From NCBI GenBank assembly GCA_951406725.2, contig OX597817.1:52328001-52392000 (forward strand): a stretch of DNA of 64,000 nucleotides. The letters are read 5' to 3'. How positions within the stretch are numbered: position 1 is the stretch's first letter; each line of letters starts with the position of its first letter. Positions 1 to 11,184 of the stretch are shown in pieces. A program made the translations under genes and the position numbers. This DNA is from Octopus vulgaris (taxonomy: Eukaryota). The notes under the pieces are model-generated. The model searched no databases. It saw only the letters and a list, made by a program, of their open reading frames with translations, and was not told where the DNA came from.

Positions 1-748
1 TCACCATCCCCTGCAAGCCTTACTTCCGTCCACCTCATCTGCAATCCCCTCCACCAACACCACATAGCTCCATCGCAGCCCATAGCACTACAAACACCAC
101 AATTTCTTTTACTAAAGCATTAAGTTACAGGGATGTAAACAAACCATCATCAGTCATCAAGCAGAGTGGGGAGGGTATAAACAAAAGTACAAAGACATAT
201 TTTCCCTTATACTCACATTCTTGTAACTTGAGGGTATACACTGGTACTCTGTCACCACCATCTTTATCCCTTTTCTCAGCTACTCTCAACTACCCTTACA
301 GAAAGTGGGGGTAGTCATATATCCCCTTTATAAGAAGACCCCTGTGTTTATCCCTCTATCATATATTAGTCTTCAACACCAAGCACAAAGCCACCTCCCT
401 CCCTCTCTCAAATACACTCCCACTCAGTGGAGAGGGGGGTGTGCTTTTCTTTTCCTTTCTTTGTCTTGCAAGGTGCTCGATGACCCCACTAATGCTAGAG
501 TTACAAAAAAAACCCAGAAAGAATGGAAAAGCACCCAGTACACTCTGTAAAGTGGTTGGTGTTAGGCAGGGCATCAGGCCATAGAAACTACTGTAAATCC
601 TCGAGTATAGTCCACCCTTGAGTATAATACACCTGGGGATTTTAAGTGGGTTGTTTAACCATAAATGCCTTCATATGACATTAACAATAGGTCACCAACA
701 TTGGTAGTAATACCATTTTACCATTTTTGCTTCTGATTTTCTTTCCAG

Positions 749-871
749 CAACTATCTAATTTAAAATTCAGCCCAGAAAGTTTCCAGAAACTTCTACAAC
801 TTTTGCTAGGAGCTGGAGACAGACTTTCTTTTCACCAGTTTGAACATTTTTATGACATGGCTTTAAAGCAA
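749..871 (+). CDS. Penultimate coding exon of an upstream gene (ER-resident protein ending in KDEL): QLSNLKFSPESFQKLLQLLLGAGDRLSFHQFEHFYDMALKQ
   Basis: Pyrimidine tract plus acceptor (ttctgattttctttccAG), 123 nt open in phase 0, donor CAA|GTGAGT. Splices in frame to 2461. Confidence 0.8.
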
Positions 872-2460
872 GTGAGTATGATTTTTTTTAACCCTTTTGT
901 TACCCTGTTTCATAGGGAACATAAATTAATATTAAATGTTGAGGGAAAGTTTTAATCTAGGTCACTTGAACCCTTTTGTTATATTTCATTTCAACATACA
1001 CACCTCACAATGCCATCCCTTCAATCCATTTTAAAAATAATTCCCTTTAACCCTTTTGTTACCATATTATTATTGATTAATTAGTTGTTATTTTTTATTA
1101 AACATTTTAAAACATTTAAATTTAAAATCCGGCAGGAACTTAGTTGCCAACCCAATACATATACATATATATATTAAATTAAATTAGAGATAAAACCACT
1201 ATTTAGGCAAATCAAACAGTGAAAAACATAAACCAAAACATAGAAATAAAATTAATTAATATAATATACAAAATATATAAAATATAAAATTCAAAATTTT
1301 AATTATTTAATATATATATATATATTACGGAGATGTACTTGCATAGCGAGTGACTTGATCTGAGATCGCGTGCTGGAACGAAAACAATTGCAGCGTGGAA
1401 GGTGTTTATAAGAAACACACAAAACCGTTAGATTCACTTCAACATTTAAATTTAATTTGTCAAAATATTGCAGGGGATGGAGGTGGCATAGAACAAGGAA
1501 GTATAAGTCACTTTTTGCATCTTTGATGTCTGATCTCTGCCTCTTAGTATCGGTTATTTTCCATCTGGTGTGTTCTCCTGATGATGAGCATGCATTTATT
1601 ATTGGCATAATGATGATCCCTATTTTTAATTTTTATTTCATCTAGTTACAGCTCACAAGCTGTGGCCATGCCGGGGCACTGCCACTTGGTGTTGCTACAT
1701 GATTTTACTTCGCGAATGCTTTTTAGCAACAATTGACATTTGGTGCATGAGAGAGTTTAATGCAGCTGCCCTTATCTGCACCTTTTTTTTTTGTGTGTAT
1801 ATATATATATATATATATATCACCGTGGTCACTGTGACCGACCAGGCTATCAGATGTTGCTACACATTGCTGGTCACAATACGCTTCGCATTGTTTTAGC
1901 CTTCAAATGATGCCACCCCGCTGGCTAAGCGAGCAGGCCAACAGAAGAAAGAGTGAGAGAAAGTTGTGGCAAAAGAGTACAGCAGGGTTCGCCACCATCC
2001 CCTGCTGGAGCCATGTGGAGCTTTAGGTGCCCTAACCATTGGGCCATTGTGCATCCACATATATGTATTTATATATATATGAAATTTTGAATTTAGTTCA
2101 CAAACCCAGTACTACCATTGCGGACCATCAGGGGTCTGTGGACCATACATAGGTTGGGAGCCACTGGTATTAAAGATGCAGAGCATATAAGATGCACCCT
2201 AATTTCAGCAGTACATTTTATTCTTAACTCTTTTCTCTTTTACTTGTTTCAGTCATTTGAATGTGGCCATGCTGGAGCACCGCCTTTAGTCGAGCAAATT
2301 GACCCCTTGACTTATTCTTAGTAAGCCTAGATACAACAAAATTTGCTTTAACACACAAGTTCACACCAAGAATCTTGCAAAGCAAATACTGAATTGTGAT
2401 TGAAAAAAAATTTTATTCAAAACATTAAATTTACCAAATTATGTTCTATGTATTTTACAG

Positions 2461-2622
2461 GACAACAAAAGACCCCCTGCGTTGGAAGTCTTCTGGAAGA
2501 TGGCAAAAAAAGACAAAGATTATATGACTCGTCATGAAATTGATAATTTTTCTCCTGACAAACTGATGGTGGTCGTGAAAGTTCTCAATTCTAGATTCTC
2601 AAAAAAGAAAGATGAACTTTAA
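2461..2622 (+). CDS. Terminal coding exon: DNKRPPALEVFWKMAKKDKDYMTRHEIDNFSPDKLMVVVKVLNSRFSKKKDEL*; ER-lumenal protein with a degenerate EF-hand-like motif, family uncertain
   Basis: Acceptor tattttacAG at 2460, phase-0 open frame ending GAT GAA CTT TAA (KDEL-stop), followed by microsatellite-rich 3'UTR-like sequence. Confidence 0.85.
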   Translation, partial: DNKRPPALEVFWKMAKKDKDYMTRHEIDNFSPDKLMVVVKVLNSRFSKKKDEL

Positions 2623-2823
2623 AATAATACTTAATCTCAGCCTGCCGCATCATCATCATCATTATCATCATCATCATCATCATGATTATTATTATTATAA
2701 TTATTATTATTATTATTATTATTATTCTATGTTTGACTTTTGCTTTACATTTGTACAAGTTGGCTCCAAGTCTCACCCAGAGACCTCAAGAGACAACAAA
2801 TTGGAAGTTCATTATTATTATTA

Positions 2824-3072
2824 TTGTATTAAAACCTGCAGCTTATATTGCTGGGTATAATGGAAAGTGTCAGCTGTCCACAGCCAGCAGACTAAGGTGA
2901 CACTTGTTTTACTGGTCATGCTTCAAGAACATAGTGAAGAATTCTTGCAGTTCCAAGCAATGCTGACTTTTGTAGGTGTTCTACCTTCACACTTGCACCA
3001 ATCATTTTAAGCCATGTTTGTAATTGAATGCTGATACTTCCAAGTGCACCAATTACTATTGGTATCATGTCT
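2824..3072 (-). mobile_element. 3' end of an R4/Dong-like (REL endonuclease) non-LTR retrotransposon
   Basis: Minus-strand translation IPIVIGALGSI...VEHLQKSALLGTARILHYVL*, flanked by (ATT)n. Confidence 0.7.
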
Positions 3073-3097
3073 AATTATTATCATTATTATTATTATT

Positions 3098-3465
3098 ATT
3101 ACCTCCGCCTTATAAAAAGGTAGAGGTATTGTTTTCAATTGTGTTTATTTGTTTGTTTGTCCTTGGACAAGATATCTCAAGAACTGCTGGATGGATTCAG
3201 ATGAAACTTTCAAGGATATTTGGCCTCATGACTGGCACAAACTGATTAGATTTGGGGATTGATCTGGTTCCAGACAAGGAGTCTGGATTATTTTTCTAGT
3301 TTTTTTACTTAATTTTTGAAAGTGGTTGGGTTCATTTTTAGTATTCTTGTTTGAGAAAGCAGTCGAGTTTATTTCGGATATTCTCATTTTAAAAATCATC
3401 TGTAGCTAATCGTTGAGAGGATGTTGGTGTTGCCTTGGCGGAGGTTTGCGCTCTCTGAGTGCTCT
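3098..3465 (+). mobile_element. Non-autonomous Helentron/DINE-1-like element
   Basis: Starts ATTACCTCCGCC, ends GCCTTGGCGGAGGTTTGCGCTCTCTGAGTGCT (subterminal inverted repeat plus 3' hairpin); partial second copy at about 27770-27848. Confidence 0.55.
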
Positions 3466-3659
3466 TATCATTATTATTATTATCATTATTATTATTATTA
3501 AGGCAGCAAGAAAGACTCATGAGAATTGAAATACAACTTTTGTATTTCAATTTCTGGATCCTTATATTTAGTGATCCTGTCGAATTCCTTGACAAATGTA
3601 TTTTTATTAAATACTTACATCTATCAGTTTACAAGTATTTTCTTTCTTCTTCTTCTTCT

Positions 3660-3852
3660 TATTGTCTTTGCACAGCTTCTAATGCTGGAAATGTACTACA
3701 GTATCAGCTGTTCACTACCAGTGAACTAAGGTAACACCCCTTATTTTTCGAGCACCATCTGGAGTATTTGAGCAGTTCCAAACAGTGCTATTTTCTGCAA
3801 GTGCTCCACTCTTATTGCAGTACCTATTTCTTCCATGTACTTCTCAAGATTT
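3660..3852 (-). mobile_element. Second R4/Dong-like 3' end fragment
   Basis: SKNLEKYMEEIGTAIRVEHLQKIALFGTAQILQMVLEK* (end of ORF 3741-3992), followed by a (GAA)/(TAA) tail. Confidence 0.7.
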
Positions 3853-5589
3853 TTACTCACTACTATTGTTATTGTTGTTGTTACTTCAGTAGTTTTATTT
3901 ATATTGTCTGTGTTTACTACACAAGTGATCCCAATTTTGTGTATTGTGAGCCATGCAGTGTTTAGTTTTGTTTTTACATTTTCTATTGTCAAACATCACA
4001 CATATTTTGTAGCCTATATGTTTTGACGCTTTATATATGCATGAGCTCTTTGTAGCAAATAAAGAACAAATTATTATTATTATTATTATCATTATATTAA
4101 AAAACATTCAAGCGAGGTCATTGCCAGTGCCGCTGGACTGGCTCCTGTGCAGGTGGCACATAAAAAACACCATTTGAGTGTGGCCGTTGCCAGTACCACC
4201 TTTAATTCTATGATTAACAGAGTTAGGGGTTTGAAGTTTCCCAGGAGAATGTTCAAAATACTTTCATTGTTCCCAAACAATTATAGAGCGTGCAAGTGCA
4301 CCCCCTGTTCCTGAGCCTCCAGTTGCCAGATGTAACAGATGTCAGATAAGACACTAGCAAAATATCTGGTACATAATGATGTAGCTTGCTGAGCTGACCA
4401 GTAACATCTTAAGGTATGGGCAGGCCCCATACATCTTGGGGCCAAATTCTAATCTTTATATGAAGTTGTTTTTTGTAAATAAATAAATAATATAGGGCCC
4501 AGTGCATTGGCTTATTACACTGCAGAGGCTTATAACACTGCTAAAATGGCCCTGAAGCAGACCATCAACTCTAAGTGACTGATTCCTCACACAGAAGCTC
4601 AACACATCACCTCTGGGTCTTTGAAACTAGCCTTTTCACTGTGTTCAGCATCCTTGAAACACTGCAGAAAATAAAATTAAAAAAAAGCATTCTGTGAGCC
4701 TGATTGGATCTCATCTGTAATACTAAAGACTGACATTCCGTTAAACACTTACACAGCTGGAGACTGATTTAAAGAGACATACTGGAACAGTGGTCACTTT
4801 TGAATGTGAATCTGTTCTGAAATCTGAACTGCTTATCAAGATCAACAAATACCCTGAGATTTGTGCATCAGTTGGAATTGTTTCTCAGCAAAGCTCTGAA
4901 AGTCAAAAAAATCTCTCTCAGATAGAAGCAACCATTGACCCCAAGCTGACATACAACTAAAATGATGTCTGTGTAAAGTGGATTGGATAGCAATCTGGTA
5001 GATTTAACAAAGAACAATTTACTTAGTCTCACCTTCACTATCATTGTTGCTTTCATCATTTAATGTCCATGCTCTATGCTGGCATGGGTTGGACAGCTTG
5101 AAAGAAATTGATGTGTCCAAGGACTGCATTGAATTCCAATGTCAGCTTTATCATGGGTTTTGTAGCTGGGTGTCCTTCCTATCGCCAATTACTTTATGAT
5201 ATAGACTGGGTGGGGGTACAGCCGGTTCCTACAGAGAGACCTGCATGCGCTGCAAGGCATAGAATGGTAGGAAGGTACTCAGGGGAACCCTGCCACCCAG
5301 GCAAAGTCTGAGTAGAAGTGGATGGTTTGTAAGATTGTATAAGGCGGCAAGCTGGCAGAGACGCTTGCACACTGGGCGAAATGCTTAGTGGTATTTCGTC
5401 TGCCACTACATTCTGAGTTCAAATTCCGCTGAGGTCGACTTTGCCTTTTATCCCTTCGGGGTTGATAAATTAAGTACAAGTTATGCACTGGGGTCAATCT
5501 AATCGACTTAATCCATTTGTCTGTCTGTGTTTGTCCCCTTGTGGGCAATAAAGAAATAAGATTATATAAGAAGGTGAATGAGTGGAGAT

Positions 5590-6512
5590 GGGGGGGGGGA
5601 GAGGGTAGACTGTCAAAATAGGTAGGGGATCAAAATCTATCAACTACTTCTAATGAGACATCATTTAAGAGACTCAATTTCTGGTGTGCTATCTACTGCC
5701 CCAGTGAATTAAGTGCATATGAACTTTACATTCTTGGATAGTCTGTCAGTGAATCCACTACATTTCTTGAATGTCTATAGGTTACATCAAATTCAGTGTA
5801 TAGAGTTTATACCTATCCTTTTTCTACATATTAAGCAAGGCCATTTTCCCAAAGGTATCAGGATCCTGTTATGTTTTCTACTTACTTAAACCTTAGTCTT
5901 CAACAGGTTAACCTAAAGACCCCTCAATTCTAGGTTTTTGCTTCTATGCTTGGAATTTCTCCTCTGATTCCCCCATGTATTCAGCTATGAGGACTAGATC
6001 ATCAGCATATAAGAGTTCCCATTGATAGCTGGTCTTAAACTGTTCAGTGATGGCTTGGGCGACTATGATGAGTAGGAGAAGGCTGAGGACTGAACCTTGC
6101 TCAACTCCTACTTTCACAATTTATCACTGAAATCATTGTCAACTCTCACTTTACTTACAGCATCCTTATAAATAGCTTAAGCTACCCATACAAGCCATTC
6201 ATCTTCGCCTAGTTTCCTCAAAACCTACCAAGTTACTGAATGTGGTACCCTGTCAAATGTTTTCTCTAAATCAACGAAAGCCAGAAATAGTGGTTTGTTC
6301 TTAGCCAGGTATTTCTCCTGCAGTTGTCTCATTAGAAATATATAACACCTGTGGTGCCTCTTCTGAGGACAAAGTCAAAAGACATCTCATCCTGGTTCAC
6401 TCTATCATGGGTCAACCAGACTATATCTTTTTCCAAGACTTTCATTACTTGGTCTAGAAGTTTGATTCCTCTTGATATTGTAGTGACGCCATTTTTGAAG
6501 TCTTCAGCATGC
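5590..6512 (-). mobile_element. Decayed RTE-clade LINE reverse transcriptase fragment
   Basis: Minus strand gives RGIKLLDQVMKVLEK, LAFVDLEKTFDRVPH, QGSVLS and ELLYADDLVLIAE (YADD at about 5998-6009), with stops and frameshifts. Confidence 0.85.
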
Positions 6513-6752
6513 ATGTGCAGAGCTGGATTCTTCTGGGAGGCATGCTGGAAGTTCCCTCTTGTGCATGTGCAGAGAACTAGCAGTAGCAAAACTTCTCATG
6601 CATCGATCTCTCTTGAAGCTGACAGTCGAATAGAACGGATGCGTTCTCACAGCTATCCCAGGCTGCCACCACGTGGTGATGCTACACTATGCTGGAACGA
6701 GACAGGATTTGGTTCACACCACTTAACCATTGTGACTAGCTCCATAGCTACC

Positions 6753-7444
6753 GATTCGCCTTGCGCTGGTATGGTCATGTGGCGAGAATGGATGAAGATA
6801 GTTGTGTGAAAAAGTGCCACACCCTAGCGGTTGAGGGAACCTGTGGAAGAGGTAGACCCAGGAAAACCTGGGATGAGGTGGTGAAGCATGACCTTCGAAC
6901 ATTAGGTCTCACCAAGGCAATGACTAGTGACCGAGACCTTTGGAAGTATGCTGTGCGTGAGAAGACCTGGCAGGACAAGTGAGACCATAACCCGTGGCCT
7001 TTACCTGGGATGTAGCCAGTCTGCTTATGCATACCTTTCCTTCTTGGGACATAAAACTCTACTTGCTAAGACCTGTTGAGGCAAGTGAAATTGAAATCGA
7101 TCAAAATCAATGGAAATTGTAGTTGTGATACCAGTACCAGTACTGGTATCACAACGTGGCCATTGCCAGTGCCGCCCCGACTGGCCTCCGTGCTGGTGGC
7201 ATGTAATAAGCACCAACCGATCATGGCCGTTGCCAGCCGCGTCTGGCACCTGTGCCAGTGGCACGCAAAAAGCACCCACTACACTCACAGAGTGGTTGGC
7301 GTTAAGAAGGGCATCCAGCTATAGAGCTGTAGAAACCCTGTCAGATCAGACTGGGCCTGGTGCAGCCTCCTAGCTTCTCAGACCCCAGTTGAACTGTCCA
7401 ACCCATGCAAGCAGGGAAAGCGGACATTAAATGATGATGATGAT
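6753..7444 (+). mobile_element. RTE-clade LINE 3' end (ORF C-terminus, 3'UTR, (GAT)n tail)
   Basis: LRWYGHVARMDEDSCVKKC...GRGRPRKTWDEVVKHDL...DRDLWK is a typical RTE C-terminus; its 3'UTR is shared with many truncated copies in the window. Confidence 0.9.
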
Positions 7445-7794
7445 ATATATATATATATATATTATTGCGAATTCAAAAATAAAAAATATATATGCTGTTG
7501 AAAATATTCGAAGTCTTGGCTTTTCCTTCAACAAATAATTTAATGTAACGGATGAGACCTGCACCCCACAAGTGTTACATACCTTTCATCCAAGCATTTG
7601 AGTCAATAAGGGGAAAAGAAAATGATCAAAACTGTATTTGATATGCAAGATTGGTAATGTTACTTGTGTGTTGAAACATATTTTGTCGTATCTCGGAATG
7701 ATCGTTATGCCAATGATAAACACACACGCACTGGTTCTGTTTCATTTTCTTTATCAATTTCAGTTGGTTAATGATTTAACTAATTAATTAACTT

Positions 7795-8010
7795 ATTTCT
7801 TTACTACCCACAAGGGGCTAAACACAGAGGGGACAAACGGATTAAGTCAATTACATCGACCCCAGTGCGTAACTGGTACTTAATTTATCGACCCCGAAAG
7901 GATGAAAGGCAAAGTCGACCTCGGCGGAATTTGAACTCAGAACGTAACGGCAGACGAAATACGGCTACGCATTTCGCCGGCGTGCTAACGTTTCTGCCAG
8001 GTCGCCGCCC
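7795..8010 (-). mobile_element. tRNA-derived SINE family A (Meta/Sauria-SINE-like central domain). Other copies (approx.): 5342-5560, 17441-17658, 20975-21580, 22225-22430, 25185-25740, 26393-26595, 27017-27250, 30509-30727, 31715-32100, 37650-37885, 38996-39620, 43987-44210, 55276-55495, 58836-59230, 61040-61560
   Basis: Head GGCGGCGAGCTGGCAGAAACGTTAGC, B box GAGTTCAAATTCC, core GACTTTGCCTTTCATCCTTTCGGGGTCGATAAATTAAGTACC, tail GGGTAGTAAAGAAATA. Confidence 0.85.
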
Positions 8011-10169
8011 TTAACATACTTCCTCCCACACAGATAGAAAGATAAAGCAAAAGAGGAAGAAAGGGAGAGGGAGAGAGAGAGAGAGAGAGAGAGAGGGTAA
8101 ATCTGAGGGTGCCCTGGTTGAAATATGAAAAAAAAAAAAATTAAAATTATGAAAGTAAATTATCTAGAAATCTGTTTAGTCACCTTTTGTAAGATAATCG
8201 GAACAATTAAATCGATCCCCAATACTTGATTAATACTTTATTTTATCGACCACAAAATGAGGGTGCAAGGTAAAGTTTGATTTGAACTCCGGATGTAAGG
8301 GAACTGAACTAAACACGCTATAATGTCGTCTCACGCTCAAAGAAATTTACGAAGTTGACGTTAACTTAAACATTTTTTATATATACAATATCACAAACCA
8401 CTTAAAAGTATTGAAATAAGTCAAGAATAATTTTTCCTAATGCGCGACATCGAATGATAGGATAGGAAGTTATCAGACTTATAAAGGAGGGAAAAAGGCA
8501 ATGATAAAGTTTATACTTTTCCCAAGAACGTGAGTGAAGTAAATGATAATGAGAAATCTTCCATTAACTGAAATATTTTGCTTGTCGAAGATCTAATAAA
8601 GTATGATTCTTTTGATTTAATCGAGCGTGAACGGCGCACCAGTTAATGAAATTGGTACAACTGGGTGAGTGAAGCTTACCCCTAGTGCTTATCTCTTTTA
8701 ATTAAAAAAAAATATATTGGTTTTAAATTTTGACACGAGACCAGCAATTTCAGGGGATGAGGTAAAATTGATTATATCGACTGGTACTTAATTTATCGAC
8801 CCCCGAAATGATGGAAGGTAAAGTCGATCTCAACTTCGACTTTCGTCCTTTCGGTATATGAACACGAATAATTTCCACACACACGTACAGTCGTCTAAGA
8901 ATCCATAAGTCAGAAAAAATATATGCACTCGTCGTATATTTGTCAGTACAGTGCGTATATTAAGCAAAGTGTATAGTATTTTAAATCCATTACGGCCGAT
9001 TGGCATATGATACTGTACTCTTTGATATATATATAAAGGTGCTGCGAGCGTGACTAAAGATCGGGCTCAGTAACGAGTTTTGCACCTCACTCGAATATCT
9101 ATAGTAAGAAGCGGGGAAATAAAACCTCGGTTAATGCGAATGAGCGAAATACGAGCTAAATAATAGAAATATTTCGTTTTTGGATTTGGTTTGCAAGATT
9201 CTTTATATGAGTTCGTGTGTTGAAGCATGTTCTGTTGTGTCTGGGGTGAGTCATTTTCTTTTTGTGCCTTATGTGAGAGTCAAAACTATTGAAAAGGTTG
9301 CAAGACACAACGAAAATTTTAGGACAATAAAAATAAGAAAAAAGTGGAAATTTTACCGGCGTGTGTGTTACATTATAAGGCACAAAAAGAAAATGACCCT
9401 CCCCAGACACAACTGAATAGAAATGATAATTAACAGAAAGCAGGTATCGTATTTAATGCTTTATAGAACATTGAATACTGATTCTATTTTCTGTTAATTA
9501 TTATTGTTTACATATATATATGATGCGTTTGCTAGAAGATACAATTCAACGTCGGTAACAATATACGAACTCGCGACCTCGGGAATCGAGGTCAATAACG
9601 AATATTTCCTCCCATCCACCAAAAAGGACTTGATGAAACAGAGTTCGCTCCCCTTTGATGCTATTGTATTACGCAAGTGTCAGTGGGAGGTAAGCAGAAT
9701 GAGAAATAACCCAGACACACACGCGCGCGCACACAGACACAGCACAATATAACTATGCACTAAATTTAAAAAATAATTAAATAAAAATACTTCCTAAGGT
9801 GAAAGACACCCTATTTTTGATGTCTTCATCGACAGAACCAATGATATAATTAATTCAATCGGGTTTATATTATTATGTCACCTTAACCCGCCACTCTGTC
9901 ACCCTAAAACACTTTTTTTCTTCCCTCCCTATGCAAACACGTAATAATTTCATCAGCCCTCCCTCACTTAGACTGTCATTGATTTTAATTGCGAATGACT
10001 TAGAAAAAAATTCAGAAAATAAAATAAAAAATAGCAGAAAAATGATTTAACATGGTTCATTTCTCTATTTGCGTTTTTATTTAGTTTCATTAAAGTTTAG
10101 TCCTGTTCTGTGTTGTTTGTAGCTGGGACGTTTTATATGGGTCACAAGTAGTTCGAATTTTACTGTCGA

Positions 10170-11162
10170 CCGCCATAACTTCTCTTCTACCTTTTTTTCC
10201 TCTTACACTTGTCTTCTTCTCCCTTCATTTGCACGCATCGTTTTTTTTTTTGCTGTCTGCCTTCCTCCACTTTTTGTCTGTCTCTTATTGTTTTGCTCTT
10301 TTCTTTTTCTCTTTCAACTCTGATATTCTTTCCCTCCCTAACCAACAAACTCTTTCTATTCTCCTCTCTCTCTCTATTTGTCTATCTTTCTTTTTTTAAA
10401 TCTTTATTATTCTATTTCTCTCTCACCTTCTTCACTCTCTCATTCCCCGCACTTTTTTTACTTCGCATAATTCTCCCTCCCTTCACCTCTTTTCCTTTCT
10501 ATTCCTATTCTACTCTATCAAATCTGTTCAACTCTCTTTTCCTTCTTTCAATCTTTTACCCTCTCTCTTCCTGTTGTCTTCCTCCGCCTCTCTAGTCCTT
10601 TCTCTCTCTTTGTCGCCCTCTCTGTTTACTCCTTCTCCCTCTCTCTATGTGTCTGCCGCCTTTTCTACTCATTCCTCTCTATCTTTGTCTTCCTCCTCTC
10701 TCGCTTTGTCGCCCTCTCTGTCTACTCCTTCTCTCTCTCTCTCTATGTGTCTGCCGCCTTTTCTACTCCTTCCTCTCTCTCTTTGACTTCCCCCTCTCTC
10801 TGTATCTTTGTCTTCCTGCTCTCTCTGTCTCCCTCTCTCTCTATGTCTGTCTCTTCTCCCGCCGTCAGCCTGCCGCACTTTTCCTTCTTACGTCTATCTA
10901 TATATTATATCACACGCATACATATATCCACCTATAAACACATATACATACATAAATAAACATATCTCTCCATATTCTCTTTTTTCTGTCGTTCTCTTGT
11001 TCTAAATCGGTCATATATGTATGAGTATCTATCCTTCGCTTTATTCCGTCACTTAACTGGGGACGTTTCCCTTCCTGCTATTCGAACACATCCTTCAAGC
11101 AGCTGGAAACTGGGACTACCACTACAAGACATCAACTTTTATCCCAGCCCATTACTTACCTC
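10170..11162 (+). promoter_or_regulatory. Probable Argonaute promoter / 5'UTR: about 700-nt polypyrimidine (CT-rich) tract followed by non-repetitive 5'UTR-like sequence
   Basis: Strong strand asymmetry with recurring GCCGCC motifs immediately upstream of exon 1; locally retained CpGs. The TSS cannot be determined from sequence. Confidence 0.5.
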
Positions 11163-11184
11163 ATGTACCCTACACAGCCTCCAG
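11163..11184 (+). CDS. AGO2: Argonaute coding exon 1 (MYPTQPP-G)
   Basis: ATG TAC CCT ACA CAG CCT CCA G|GTATGT: 22 coding nt ending in phase 1, like the short MY.. first exon of vertebrate AGO2 as I recall it. In-frame stop upstream at 11022-11024. Lies just downstream of a CpG-retaining, CT-rich promoter-like zone. The symbol denotes the AGO clade; exact orthology is not established. Confidence 0.75.

Noticed and set aside
9026-9037. TATATAAA as the Argonaute TATA box
   Set aside because: About 2.1 kb from exon 1 and part of a (TA)n run in AT-rich DNA; no supporting evidence.
10209-11005. Leu/Ser/Phe-rich 'membrane protein' ORFs
   Set aside because: Translation of a CT-rich low-complexity tract.
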